Shown in pieces: positions 49,221-64,000 of a stretch of DNA of 64,000 nucleotides. This DNA comes from Eledone cirrhosa (taxonomy: Eukaryota). Where the stretch lies: positions 13,020,001-13,084,000 of the forward strand of contig OZ024753.1 of assembly GCA_964016885.1 (NCBI GenBank), given 5' to 3'. Position 1 is the stretch's first letter. Each line of letters begins with the position of its first letter. Below the pieces are notes generated by a model. It saw only the letters and a program-made list of their open reading frames with translations. It searched no databases and was not told the origin of the DNA. Made by a program: the position numbers and the translations under genes.

Positions 49221-49989
49221 ACACATACCTATCCAATAATACATACATATGTACATACGTACATACATACATACATATATGCATACATACATACATACGT
49301 ACATACATACATACATACATGCATGCATGCATGCATGCATGCATACATACATACATACATACATACATACATACATACATACATACATACATACATACAT
49401 ACATACATACATACATACATACATACATACATACATGGTGTCTGCTAACTCGTTTTCGAGTACGGCCACTACATTATATCCATGTAGGAGAACCCCTACC
49501 GATGCGCTGAACGAGTGTGATTTTTAGTCCAGCCAGCGACTTGAAAACTCTGGTACAAACACTACACCTGTGACAATTATTGACACATAGTGCTTGGCCC
49601 ATGGTACCATGTGACGACAAGTGCAGAGAGATCTCCAGATATAAACCAATGCCTGTGCCGTGAAGCTTTTATAGTGAGCAAAGGCACTGCACAAAGCCAG
49701 TCCCACTCTCTTAACCAAGATGATATTTACCAAAAAGAAGAACAATGCAACATCATATGTATGTATTTATACATACATATATATAAATATACATACATAC
49801 ATATATATAAATATACATACATATATATAAATATACATATACATATATACATACATACATATACATACATGCATACATATATACATATACATACACACAC
49901 ATACATACATACATATATATACATACACATGGTGGCTGCGAACTCGTTTTCGAGTATGGCCACTACTTTATATCCATATATATATATTA

Positions 49990-50029
<40 letters not shown>

Positions 50030-50143
50030 TCATCCATATAATTTTCACTCTTTGACATTAGAGATAGAACAGATACTCTATACTATTTCATGTCAGCATG
50101 GCTTGGCAAGATATTTAGAAGGCTGCTTTGAGACCTTTATTTC

Positions 50144-50178
50144 CCTCTGAAGAAGAGATATTATCTCGAAAATTAAGG
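50144..50178 (+). ncRNA. Minimal hammerhead-like motif in a probable second Penelope-type pLTR fragment (about 50030-50340); duplicate at 55844-55878
   Basis: CCT-CTGAAGA-A-GAGAT ATT ATCTC-GAAA-ATTA-AGG. Confidence 0.5.
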
Positions 50179-50379
50179 ACATTTAAATAAATCTAAGTTA
50201 AAAGACAATTTGTCAACAACATCTTTTGCAATTGCATTCTTTTTCTATGTCCATACCTGCATTGCTTTGGCTTTATTATACATATTCAAACGTTTATACC
50301 TCATTACACAATGCTTCAAGTGAACTATAACCTCCTCATATATACATATATATATATTAGTATACATATATATATATTA

Positions 50380-50435
<56 letters not shown>

Positions 50436-50685
50436 TAGTATATATATATATATACATATATATATATTAGTATACATATATATATATTAGTATATATCTA
50501 TATATATATCTATACATATATATATATTAGTATATATATATATATACATATATGTATATTAGTATATATATAAGTTGTAACATAATGAAACTAAATTTCA
50601 TTTCTCACTCTTAGTACGGCACTTTCTTAAATGTAAGTATGTATGTATACGTACATACATATATGTATACAGACGTACAGTAGCA

Positions 50686-50751
<66 letters not shown>

Positions 50752-51055
50752 CAGGTACACATATATATATGTACGTATCAGTTTAGCGGACGTTTATGAT
50801 AACGCCCGCTTTGTCCGTTTGTAAACAAGCGGACAGCCTGATTTATGCCGTACGGTGTTAAGGCAACCACGTCACCTTTTTGTTCAACACTGACACAGGA
50901 ACGATGTACTAGTTTCAAGCTTGTTAACTATCATCAGCACCGTATACCCTTCTGCCAGATGGTTGAACGTTCGAAAGTATATACTTTCCTTATGAAAATT
51001 AACGGCTGAGCAGCCTAATTTGCATATCGAGTGAGTTCAGTCGGCCAGGCGTACC

Positions 51056-51101
51056 GAAAACGATAAGTTGTAATATAATTATATTACAACTTATCGTTTT
51101 C
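51056..51101. repeat. Perfect 46-bp palindrome; duplicate at 57307-57352
   Basis: GAAAACGATAAGTTGTAATATAA|TTATATTACAACTTATCGTTTTC. Confidence 0.9.
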
Positions 51102-51280
51102 TGTACCGAAAACGTGAGAAAAACCACAGACCCTCCATCTCAACTCACCTTTTGGAAAGCAGAAGAACTGCGAAACCGGTAAAGGAACCAAATAAATATA
51201 TATATTTTTAAAAAAAATAAGATTTCAGTTGCATTTTCGATTTCATCCCTTTTTCTATATATATATATATATATATATTA

Positions 51281-51395
<115 letters not shown>

Positions 51396-51574
51396 TATAT
51401 ATATATATATATATATATTAGTATATATATATATACATATATATATTTATATATATATATATTAGTATATATATATATATATATATATTAGTATATATAT
51501 ATATACATATATATATTAGTATATATATATATATATATATATATTAGTATATATATATATATATATATATATTA

Positions 51575-51641
<67 letters not shown>

Positions 51642-52120
51642 TATATATATATATATTAGTATGTATATATATAAATATATGTATATATATGCATGTATAT
51701 GTGTATATATATACATATATATATATATACATATACATACATATACATATATATGTATATATGTGTATATATATATAATATGGGTTGACGGACACAGCAT
51801 ATTTATCAACGCCAGTACCGGTTGTATCTGACGGCACTCAATGGGCAATGTAAGATACATTACCAGAGTATACACATAGTTATTTGCCTCAACACAACAC
51901 ACGTAAAACGGGTGCCTATAAGGTTCCTGGACTCGAGTTTCTGCAGCACTAATGCAGTAGTAAGGTGCACTGCACCAGCTGTCTGCATATATTATGCAAC
52001 AATGCACAATCAGCTTATGCTGCTTCATCAGCGGGTAACGCCTAATCAATAACCGATCGATCGACATAATCCAAATAATATTCATTTAGATGATACACAC
52101 AGTGATATGAAGAAAAGCTG

Positions 52121-52158
<38 letters not shown>

Positions 52159-52328
52159 GCATCAAAGCTTTTCTCCATATCACTGGTTCTATCATCTGAA
52201 TGAATATTATTTGATTACCTAGCAACGATTACACAACTTATCAGGACTTTATCTAGCTTGTCAGCTTTAGCTTCTCGAACGACTAGCAAACACTTAAAGA
52301 AATACAGCTCGTCTCTCTGATTTTCGAA

Positions 52329-53318
52329 ATGCATCAGATTACAAGTATTGAAGAAGGCCAACACAGTGAAAGCTTGAAAATAAAAGACACGATATTTTTC
52401 AAGTTCCTGAAATATATTTTAGAACATAATTATATGAGATTAACAGGAATGATATCTTTACTGAAATCACACACGTTCAAAGCATTGTGTTTGCTAGCTA
52501 TTTATATTGTGGTCTTTATATATTTGATTCTAAACCCTATTTGCCTCATTGTTAATTTAACAACCTTAAAAGGTATACCTGCTGCCAACATGTTTATGTA
52601 TGTCTACATTATATCTTGCTATTGTATGATTTCTGTCCAATGTTTAATGAAATATTGCAAAGGACCGCATTTCAAGGACATAATTGAAATATTCTCCAAA
52701 ATTGAAATTGAAGAGAAAGATGGAAAACTGTACAGTTTCATATATTCATATAAGTCATTTTGTATATTTGTAGCTGTGTATACTATTTCTATCATAATTA
52801 CAGAGCTCATAATACCTATTTTTACTGAAGACAGTGATCTGTTGGATTTTCTAGTATTTCAAATGACGATGGATTATAAGTACCTCATAGTAATTTTAAA
52901 ATTTACACTACAAATACTTTCCACTGTACCACTGATAATTGATGTGTATATAAGCATTATACTTCAGCATAATCTTACTCATGAGTTTAACAAACTGGCC
53001 AAGGAGGCTGAAGAGTACGTAAAGGTAATGCAATCCCCCAATTCCGATGCTATCAAGAAACATGAAGAGATTAAAGAAATATGCAACAGACATGACAAAC
53101 TGAGTTCATCACTGAGATTATTAAATGATTCTTTGCAGTATATTGTAGGATGTCTCGTATTTGGTAGTATTCTTAGTTGTTGTCTTACAACTTACGGAAT
53201 AATAGATAAGTTATTACAAAATAATACGGATTCTTACATTTATGTATTACTTACGGCGTTCACCTTCCTGTCTTACTGGATTATACTAGTTTTGTCGGGC
53301 CTCCGTTTACATATATCG
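52329..53318 (+). CDS. GR-like coding exon, copy 5
   Basis: Intact 990-nt frame, same donor. Confidence 0.75.
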
Positions 53319-54572
53319 GTAAGTCTATATATAAATTTCTGTGATTCTGTCACAACACGTAAAGAGAGAGGGGTAGTTTGATTACCTCATACTACTCCTC
53401 TCTCTTTACGTCTGCTGACTGCGTGAATGTATGTGTGTGTAAAAGGAAGGCAGGAGGTGGTGAAAAACTATAGTGGTTGGCGTTCCACTTGTTATGCTGT
53501 ACATGCGTTTGTGTTTGTGTGAATGTAAGTGTGTGTGTTTATGTGAATGTATATCTAGATGTGCGTGTGTGTATGTGTTTGTTTGAATGTGTGTTTGTGT
53601 GAATGTATGTATGTGTTTTCATGAGTGTATGTGTGTGTTTGTGTGAATGAATATCTAAATGCGTATATTTTTAAGTGTGTCCATGTTTGCACGTTTATAT
53701 TAATATACTCATACATATAAATGTATGTATATGCATATACACACATGCGCGTCAGCGTGTTGAATAATTTTATATAATATCTATACATTATGCATTCTGT
53801 CAATACCTGATTTTATACACAAGTGTATTTGTATGAGACACAGTTTTCTGTAGTTTATCCTCACTCCTTCCTTACTCAGTCATATCTAGTGCCTGACGTC
53901 ATCAGACTTCCTTCCTCAGTCATATCTAGTGCGTTACGTAATCAACCCTCCCTTCCTCAATTATCTCTAGTACGTAACGTCATCAGCCCTTCCTCACCTC
54001 AACCGGTCTGATATTGTTGTTTGACCACACATTGAAAACGCGCTCTGTTGTAGAGATCAGCTAGCCACTTGATGTCAACGTCGTAAGAAAAATACAACAG
54101 AAGGAGGACATCTACGGACCATTGATGAAGAGTTTGCAGATCCAGTATCCAAGATACACTTTCAGTTTCATACCCATCATCATTGGAGCTACAGGTTATA
54201 TACCAGCCCGTTTGGACCAAAGTTCTAGCTGAACCTAGATTTGAGGATAAAGAACGCACATCCCTACTTCATAGATTACAAATGGCTGCGATAGCTGGCA
54301 CCTTCAAAATCTACAAAACATTCTTGCGATTCAAGGGATGACAATTTCTTTTCTTTTCTTACAACCTCGCCACCAGGAAGTTGGCCGGTCAAAAGTGTAC
54401 TCGAAATTAGGAGAAAGAGAAACATACATACATACCTATCGAATAATACATACATATGTACATACATACATACATAACAGGAGAAGGAGGACATCTACGG
54501 ACCATTGATGAGGAGTTTACAAATACAGTATCCAAGATGCATCTTTAGCTTCATACCCATCATTATTGGAGC

Positions 54573-54745
54573 CAGTATCGGTAGAGGGTTGGACGCCATG
54601 CTTTGACGCATAGAGTTACGGCCCTTGCCATTCTGAGTTCAAATCCCGCCGAGGTTAACTTTGCCTTTCATCCTTATGGGGTCGATAAAATAAAGTACCA
54701 GTAATGTACTGGATAATTGCTGGCCTTGTGCCAAAAGTAGAAACA
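54573..54745 (+). mobile_element. 5'-truncated tRNA-derived SINE inserted in a family A fragment, 11-bp TSD ATTATTGGAGC
   Basis: B box GAGTTCAAATCCC; core GCCTTTCATCCTT..GGGGTCGATAAAATAAAGTACCAG; TSDs at 54562-54572 and 54746-54756. Confidence 0.85.
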
Positions 54746-56079
54746 ATTATTGGAGCTACGGGTTATATACCAACCCGCTTGGACCAAAGTATGACTGAAC
54801 TTGGATTTGCGGACAAAAAGCGCAGCTCCCTAATTCATAGTCTTCAAATGGCTGCGATAGCTGGCACCTTCAAAATTTGCAAAACATTCTTGAGATTTAA
54901 GGGATGACAAGGTGGCCGGTCAAAAAAAATATACTCGAAATTAAGAGAAAGAGATAACACACATACCTATCCAATAATACATACATATGTACATACGTAC
55001 ATACATACATACATATATGCATACATACATACATACGTACATACATACATACATACATGCATGCATGCATGCATGCATGCATGCATGCATGCATACATAC
55101 ATACATACATACATACATACATACATACATACATACATACATACATACATACATACATACATGGTGTCTGCTAACTCGTTTTCGAGTACGGCCACTACAT
55201 TATATCCATGTAGGAGAACCCCTACCGATCCGCTGAACGAGCGTGATTTTTAGTCCAGCCAGCGACTTGAAAACTCTGGTACAAACACTACACCTGTGAC
55301 AATTATTGACACATAGTGCTTGGCCCATGGTACCATGTGACGACAAGTGCAGAGAGATCTCCAGATATAAAGCAATGCCTGTGCCGTGAAGCTTTTATAG
55401 TGAGCAAAGGCACTGCACAAAGCCAGTCCCACTCTCTTAACCAAGATGATATTTACCAAAAAGAAGAACAAGTCAACATCATATGTATGTATTTATACAT
55501 ACATATATATAAATATACATACATACATATATATAAATATACATACATATATATAAATATACATATACATATATACATACATACATATACATACATGCAT
55601 ACATATATACATATACATACACACACATACATACATACATATATATACATACACATGGTGGCTGCGAACTCGTTTTCGAGTATGGCCACTACTTTATATC
55701 CATATATATATATATATATATATATATCTTCATCCATATAATTTTCACTCTTTGACATTAGAGATAGAACAGATACTCTATACTATTTCATGTCAGCATG
55801 GCTTGGCAAGATATTTAGAAGGCTGCTTTGAGACCTTTATTTCCCTCTGAAGAAGAGATATTATCTCGAAAATTAAGGACATTTAAATAAATCTAAGTTA
55901 AAAGACAATTTGTCAACAACATCTTTTGCAATTGCATTCTTTTTCTATGTCCATACCTGCATTGCTTTGGCTTTATTATACATATTCAAACGTTTATACC
56001 TCATTACACAATGCTTCAAGTGAACTATAACCTCCTCATATATACATATATATATATTAGTATACATATATATATATTA

Positions 56080-56123
<44 letters not shown>

Positions 56124-56247
56124 TAGTATATATATATATATACATATATATATATTAGTATACATATATATATATTAGTATATATATATATATATATATA
56201 TCTATACATATATATATATTAGTATATATATATATATATATACATAT

Positions 56248-56787
56248 AGATTTTGAGTTTATGTTGGTTGTATACCAACACCTCAGTATGCAGGCTGGAG
56301 CACTCGACGAAGTGCGCAGGTTGGTTTGGTTACTCCGGAGTAGTGTAAAATAAAGTTAAATAAAAGTCAAATGATTAAAATTTAGCTTCGTTTATTACTG
56401 CTATATATATTTCAGTGACAGCCATCTTTGGCTGTGACCTCTTCAGGCAGTTTGAATTAGTATGGTATAGACAAGTACATATGTTGTTTAGGTGTATGAT
56501 ATTGTCAATACTCTGATATGCCCAGTTCCTTGTTGGGTTGTTAATTCACTGGGGAACAGGAGTCATATGACTCCAGTTCCCCAGTGAATTAACAACCCAA
56601 CAAGGAACTGGGCATATCAGAGTATTGACAATATCATACACCTAAACAACATATGTACTTGTCTATACCATACTAATTCAAACTGCCTGAAGAGGTCACA
56701 GCCAAAGATGGCTGTCACTGAAATATATATAGCAGTAATAAACGAAGCTAAATTTTAATCATTTGACTTTTATTTAACTTTATTTTA
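56248..56787. mobile_element. Penelope-type pLTR foldback insertion in (TA)n, with a 442-bp palindrome at 56346-56787
   Basis: Arms mirror around 56566/56567 with no spacer and one mismatch that I noticed; absent from the paralogous position near 50540. Confidence 0.8.
56682..56736 (+). ncRNA. Type I hammerhead ribozyme motif; mirror copy at 56397-56451 on the minus strand
   Basis: ACTGC-CTGAAGA-GGTCACAGCCA AAGA TGGCTGTCACT-GAAA-TATATA-TA-GCAGT; stem I ACTGC/GCAGT, palindromic stem III. Confidence 0.8.
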
Positions 56788-56932
56788 TATATACATATAT
56801 GTATATTAGTATATATATAAGTTGTAACATAATGAAACTAAATTTCATTTCTCACTCTTAGTACGGCACTTACTTAAATGTAAGTATGTATGTATACGTA
56901 CATACATATATGTATACAGACGTACAGTAGCA

Positions 56933-57002
<70 letters not shown>

Positions 57003-57529
57003 CAGGTACACATATATATATGTACGTATCAGTTTAGCGGACGTTTATTATAACGCCCGCTTTGTCCGTTTGTAAACAAGCGGACAGCCTGATTTATGCC
57101 GTACGGTGTTAAGGCAACCACGTCACCTTTTTATTCAACACTGACACAGGAACGATGTACTAGTTTCAAGCTTCTTAGCTATCATCAGCACCGTATACCC
57201 TTCTGCCAGATGGTTGAACGTTCGAAAGTATATACTTTCCTTATGAAAATTAACGGCTGAGCAGCCTAATTTGCATATCGTGTGAGTTCAGTCGGCCAGG
57301 CGTACCGAAAACGATAAGTTGTAATATAATTATATTACAACTTATCGTTTTCTGTACCGAAAACGTGAGAAAAACCACAGACCCTCCATCTCAACTCACC
57401 TTTTGAAAAGCAGAAGAACTGCGAAACCGGTAAAGGAACCAAATAAATATATATATTTTAAAAAAAAATAAGACTTCAGTTGCATTTTTGATTTCATCCC
57501 TTTTTCTATATACATATATATATATATTA

Positions 57530-57576
<47 letters not shown>

Positions 57577-57603
57577 TATATAAATATATACATATGTATA
57601 TTA

Positions 57604-57656
<53 letters not shown>

Positions 57657-58141
57657 TATATATATATATATATTAGTATGTATATATATAAATATATGTA
57701 TATATATGCATGTATATGTGTATATATATACATATATATATATATATATACATATACATACATATAGATATATATGTATATATGTGTATATATATATAAT
57801 AAGGGTTGACGGACACAGCATATTTATCAACGCCAGTACCGGTTGTATCTGAGGGCACTCAATGGGCAATGTAAGATACATTACCAGAGTATACACATAG
57901 TTATTTGCCTCAACACAACACACGTAAAACGGGTGCCTATAAGGTTCCTGGACTCGAGTTTCTGCAGCACCAATGCAGTAGTAAGGTGCACTGCACCAGC
58001 TGTCTGCATATATTATGCAACAATGAACAATCAGCTTATGCTGCTTCATCAGCGGGTAACGCCTAATCAATAACCAATCGATCGACATAATCCAAATAAT
58101 ATTCATTTAGATGATACACACAGTGATATGAAGAAAAGCTG

Positions 58142-58201
<60 letters not shown>

Positions 58202-58387
58202 TTATATATATATACATACATCAAAGCTTTTCTCCATATCACTTGTTCTATCATCTGAATGAATATTATTTGATTACCTAGCAACGATTACACAGCTTAT
58301 CAGGACTTTATCTAGCTTGTCAGCTTTAGCTTCTCGAACGACTAGCAAACACTTAAAGAAATACAGCTCGTCTCTCTGATTTTCGAA

Positions 58388-59377
58388 ATGCATCAGATTA
58401 CAAGTATTGAAGAAGGCCAACACAGTGAAAGCTTGAAAATAAAAGACACGATATTTTTCAAGTTCCTGAAATATTATTTAGAACATAATTACATGAGATT
58501 AACAGGAATGATATCTTTACTGAAATCACACACGTACAAAGCATTGTGTGTGCTAGCTATTTATATTGTGGTCTTTATATATTTGATTCTAAACCCTATT
58601 TGCCTCATTGTTAATTTAACAACCTTAAAAGGTATACCTGATGCCAACATAATTATGTATGTCTACATTGCACTTTACTATTGTATAATGTCTGTCCTAT
58701 GTTTAATGAAATATTTCAAAGAACCTCATTTCAAGGACATAATTGAAATATTCTCCAAAATTGAAATTGAAGAGAAAGATGGAAAACTGTACAGTTTCAT
58801 ATATTCATATAAGTCACTTTGTATATTTTCAGCTGTGTCTAGTATTTCTATCATAATAATAGAGCTCATAATACCTATTTTTAGTAAAGACAGTGATCTG
58901 TTGGATTTTCTAGTATTTCAAATGACGATGGATTATAAGTACCTCATAGTAATTTTAAGATGTACACTACAAATACTTTCCTATCTACCGCTGATAATTG
59001 ATGTGTATATAAGCATTATACTTCAGCTTAATCTTACTCATGAGTTTAACAAACTGGCGAAGGAGGCTGAAGAGTACGTAAAGGTAATGCAATCCCCCAA
59101 TTCGGATGCTATCAAGAAATATGAAGAGATTAAAGAAATATGTAACAGACATGACAAACTGAGTTCATCACTGAGATTATTAAATGATTATTTTCAGTAT
59201 ATTTTAGGATTTCTCGTATTTGGTAGTATTCTTAGTGGTTGTCTTACAACTTACGGAATAATAAATAACTTATTACAAAATGATACGGATTCATACATTT
59301 ATGTATTACCTACGACGTTCAGCTTCCTGTCTTACTGGATTATACTAGTTTTGTTGGGCCTCCGTTTACATATATCG
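58388..59377 (+). CDS. GR-like coding exon, copy 6
   Basis: Intact 990-nt frame, same donor. Confidence 0.75.
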
Positions 59378-61733
59378 GTAAGTCTATATATAAATTTCTG
59401 TGATTCTGTCACAACACGTAAACAGAGAGGAGTATTTGATTACCTCATACTACTCCTCTCTCTTTATGTCTGATGACTGCGTGAATGTATGTGTGTGTAA
59501 AAGGAAGGCAGGAGGTGGTGAAAAACTATAGTGGTTGGCGTTCCACTAGTTATGCTGTACATGCGTGTATGTTTGTGTGAATGTAAGTGTGTATGTTTAT
59601 GTGAATGTATATCTAGATGTGCGTGTGTGTATGTGTTTGTTTGAATGTGTGTTTGTGTGAATGTATGTATGTGTTTTCATGAATGTATGTGTGTGTTTGT
59701 GTTAATGAATGTCTAAATGTGTATTTTTTTAAGTGTGTCCATGTTTTCACGTTTATATTAATATACTCGTACATATAAATGTATGTATATGCATATACAC
59801 ACATGCGAGTCAGCGTGTTGAATGATTTTATATTATATCTATGCATTATGCATTCTGTCAATACCTGATTTTATACACAAGTGTATTTGTATGAGACACA
59901 GTTTTCTGTAGTTTATCCTCACTCCTTCCTTACTCAGTCATATCTAGTGCCTGACGTCATCAGACTTCCTTCCTCAGTCATATCTAGTGCGTTACGTAAT
60001 CAACCCTCCCTTCCTCAATTATCTCTAGTACGTAACGTCATCAGCCCTTCCTCAACTCAACCGGTCTGATATTGTTGTTTGACCACACATTGAAAACGCG
60101 CTCTGTTGTAGAGATCAGCTAGCCACTTGATGTCAACGTTGTAAGAAAAATACAACAGGAGGAGGACATCTACGGACCATTGATGAAGAGTTTGCAGATC
60201 CAGTATCCAAGATACACTTTCAGTTTCATACCCATCATCATTGGAGCTACAGGTTATATACCAGCCCGTTTGGACCAAAGTTCTAGCTGAACCTAGATTT
60301 GAGGATAAAGAACGCACATCCCTACTTCATAGATTACAAATGGCTGCGATAGCTGGCACCTTCAAAATCTACAAAACATTCTTGCGATTCAAGGGATGAC
60401 AATTTCTTTTCTTTTCTTACGACCTCGCCACCAGGAAGTTGGCCGGTCAAAAGTGTACTCGAAATTAGGAGAAAGAGAAACATACATACATACCTATCGA
60501 ATAATACATACATATGTACATACATACATGGTGGCTGCCAACTCGTTTTCGAGTACGGCCAGTACTTTATATCCATCTAGGAGAACCCCTACCGATGCGC
60601 TGAACGAATATGACTGGGCCCATGGTATCATCTGACGACAAGTGCAGAGGATCTCCAGATACAAAGCAATGCCTATGCCGTGAAGCTTTTATAGTGAGCA
60701 AAGGCACTGCACAAAGCCAGTCCCACTCTCTTAACCAAGATGATATTTACCAAAAAGAAGAACAAGTCAACATCATTGGATACCATCAGGGTTGCAGGTG
60801 TTATATCAGAGTTTTCCTTCTCCTAGAATTCTGCCTTGACAAAGGCTAAGGGGTCATCTCTCCCAGTGATTTTGGATGGCCATTGACTCTTAAGAGCTCC
60901 TTTGCCCTTTGACAGGTCACCAAGGGGTGACCTGACATATCCAAGTGGTGACCTGACATATATATATACATACATATATATATACATGGTGGCTGCCAAC
61001 TCGTTTTCGAGTACGGCCAATACTTTATATCCATCTAGGAGAACCCCTACCGATGCGCTGAACGAATATGACTTTTTAGTCCAGCCAGCGACTTGAAAAC
61101 TCTGGTACAAACACTACACCTGTGACAATTATTGACACATAGTGCTGGGCCCATGGTACCATGTAACGACAAGTGCAGAAAGATCTCCAGATATAAAGCA
61201 ATGCCTGTGCCGTGAAGCTTTTATAGTGAGCAAAGGCACTGCACAAAGCCAGTCCCACTCCCTTAACCAAGATGATATTTACCAAAAAGTCAACATCATT
61301 GGATACCATCAGGGTTGCAGGTGTTATATCAGAGTTTTCCTTCTCCTAGAATTCTGCCTTGACAAAGGCTAAGGGGTCATCTCTCCCGGTGATTTTGGAT
61401 GGCCATTGACTCTTAAGAGCTCCTTTGCCCTTTGACAGGTTTTGTTTTTAGTCCTGCAGGATGTCCAAAGTCACCCTCCTCACCAAGAAACCTTGGTGGG
61501 GTTGCCAGTTTAGTCGCCGACGACCCGACCATGAGACAGGTTGTACTGGGATACATGTTACCAGTAGCACCATACATACATACATACATACATACATACA
61601 TACATACATACATACATACATACATACATAACAGGAGAAGGAGGACATCTACGGACCATTAATGAGGAGTTTACAAATCCAGTATCCAAGATGCACCTTT
61701 AGCTTCATACCCATCATTATTTGAGCTACGGTT

Positions 61734-61933
61734 GGATTGATGGAGCTAGGGCGGTGGATTGGCAGTATCGGTAGAGGGTCGGACGCCATGCTTTCCAGCA
61801 TAGTTACGTCCCTTTATGATCTGAGTTCAAATCCCGCCGAGGTTAACTTTGCCTTTCATCCTTACGGGGTCGATAAAATAAAGTACCAGTAATGCACTGG
61901 GTAATTGCTGGCCTTGTGCCTAAAGTAGAAACA
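61734..61933 (+). mobile_element. tRNA-derived SINE inserted in a family A fragment, 18-bp TSD ATTATTTGAGCTACGGTT
   Basis: A-box-like TGGCAGTATCGG, B box GAGTTCAAATCCC; TSDs at 61716-61733 and 61934-61951. Confidence 0.85.
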
Positions 61934-62940
61934 ATTATTTGAGCTACGGTTTATATACCAACCCGCTTGGACCAAAGTATGACTGAACTTGGATTTGCGG
62001 ACAAATAGCGCAGCTCCCTAATTCATAGTCTTCAAATGGCTGCGATAGCTGGCACCTTCAAAATTTGCAAAACATTCTTGCGATTTAAGGGATGACAAGG
62101 TGGCCGGTCAAAAAAAAATATACTCGAAATTAAGAGAAAGAGATAACACTCATACATACATACCTATCCAATAATACATACATATATACCTACGTACATA
62201 CATACATACCTATCCAATAATACATACATATGTACATACATATGTACATACATACATACATACATACATACATACATACATACATACATACATACATACA
62301 TACATACATACATACATACATGGTGTCTGCCAACTCGTTTTCGAGTACGGCCACTACTTTATATCCATGTAGGAGAATCCCTACCGATGCGCTGAACGAG
62401 TGTGATTTTTAGTCCAGCCAGCGACTTGAAAACTCTGGTACAAACACTACACATGTGACAATTATTGACACATAGTGCTGGGCCCATGGTACCATGTGAC
62501 GACAAGTGCAGAGAGATCTCCAGATATAAAGCAATGCCTGTGCCGTGAAGCTTTTATAGTGAGAAAAGGCACTGCACAAAGCCAGTCCCACTCTCTTAAC
62601 CAAGATGATATTTACCAAAAAGAAGAATAAGTCAACATCATATGTATGTATTTATACATACATAAATATAAATATACATACATACATATATATAAATATA
62701 CATACATACATATATATAAATATACATATATATGAATATACATACATACATATATATAAATATACATACATACATATATATAAATATACATACATATATA
62801 TAAATATACATACATACATATATATAAATATACATACATACATATATATAAATATACATATATATAAATATACATACATACATGCATACATATAAATATA
62901 CATACATACATGCATACATATAAATATACATACATACATA

Positions 62941-64000
62941 TACTAAGTAACGGTTCTTTTTGTTCTCGATTCAAACGATTCAAGAACAACGTTTAAAACA
63001 CAGTTGTAGAATTAAAAACTAACTGAAAAGAAATATTACCCAAGCTGTGAATAACTTTAAATTTGATTCTGACAGAACTTTGTCGTAACTTTTAAAGAAG
63101 ATCATCGACTATTTAAAAAAAATAAATACAAAATATTTGTGAATAGACGAACTCATCATGGCAAAAAGTACAAGTCTCCTTCGACCAAATCGCAATTACA
63201 ACCGTTGTATACAGTGGAGCTACGAGCTTAACAAAGAATTATATGAAGCATACAAACAATCTGAACCCCAAAAGTTCGGTTTTATGCAAAGGCTAAAAAC
63301 TTTATGGAACTCCAAACACCCAGAATTAGACTTTTCTCCAAAGCATCTAAATGAACAGGCAAAACGTATCATTAGATGTAAATTGATACATCTAACGGAA
63401 TCGAGTGATACTACAAATACAGCCCTTGTAGACAACCACCCCACCTCCACTGACAGACAAAGAGAATGGCCAGCTAAATCTAACAGTGAACAGCTCACCG
63501 ACAATTTTGCTGAAATCCATCCCACTTCCACTGAAGAACAGCGAGAAAGGTCAGCTGACTCTAGTAGTAATTGTCACCACATCAACAACGAGGCTGCAAT
63601 TCATGACTCTACTGAACAAACAGAGCACCAAAAACTTGTGGGCACCCTACAAGTGATATGGAACGATATGTTTCAAGAGATACACAGCCTTAATGTGAGT
63701 GACAGACCATACAACACTAGAGTCAGTAAAGAACCCACTAAATTGGAATTGGAAGCGGTGAACGAAATAGCTGGCAATTATCTGAAGGCTATACGATCTA
63801 AAGGTGTAGAAACGACATTTGAAACGCTCAATGTTTTGTTATGTTTCAGCTGTCACATTGCTATCATATAACACACATCTAAAACCACGCAATCAAGATA
63901 CAAACAGAAAGCCTGAACCAGCGTGGATACGAAATTTAAAAACCAAAATTTTGTCCCTGAGACGAAGTATCTCACACATCGCAGTCGTTATGAAATGCAA
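62941..64000 (+). mobile_element. Second long copy of family A RLE element; 5' UTR truncated, frameshifted, runs off the window
   Basis: Near-identical to 4542 onward; 2-bp deletion near 63840; preceded by TACA-type repeats. Confidence 0.9.

Noticed and set aside
51822-52085. ORFs on both strands in the conserved upstream block
   Set aside because: No domain similarity that I recognise; frames are altered by a 7-bp indel between units and run into microsatellite.
61750-61840. tRNA gene
   Set aside because: A/B boxes are present, but it continues into a SINE core and tail and is flanked by TSDs.

Overview
AT-rich, microsatellite-dense animal DNA. The SINE and repeat content suggests a mollusc, probably an octopus (inference). 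The window is a tandem segmental array with six head-to-tail paralogous ~990-bp coding exons (five intact, one disrupted) resembling the insect GR/OR superfamily (gustatory-receptor-like 7TM ion channels). Every exon ends after the sixth hydrophobic segment at a conserved phase-0 GTAAGT donor. I could not find a TM7-encoding exon anywhere in the window, which suggests an array of variable exons spliced to a shared downstream constant exon. The spacers are filled with retroelements. These include a full-length, intact RLE-type (R4/Dong-like) non-LTR element and many 5'-truncated copies sitting in (TACA)n, several non-coding (TATG)n-tailed retroposon families with a shared 3' hairpin, three co-duplicated Penelope-like elements with hammerhead motifs, a 442-bp spacerless palindrome carrying two hammerhead motifs, and tRNA-derived SINEs. 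Most short ORFs in the track are microsatellite artefacts.
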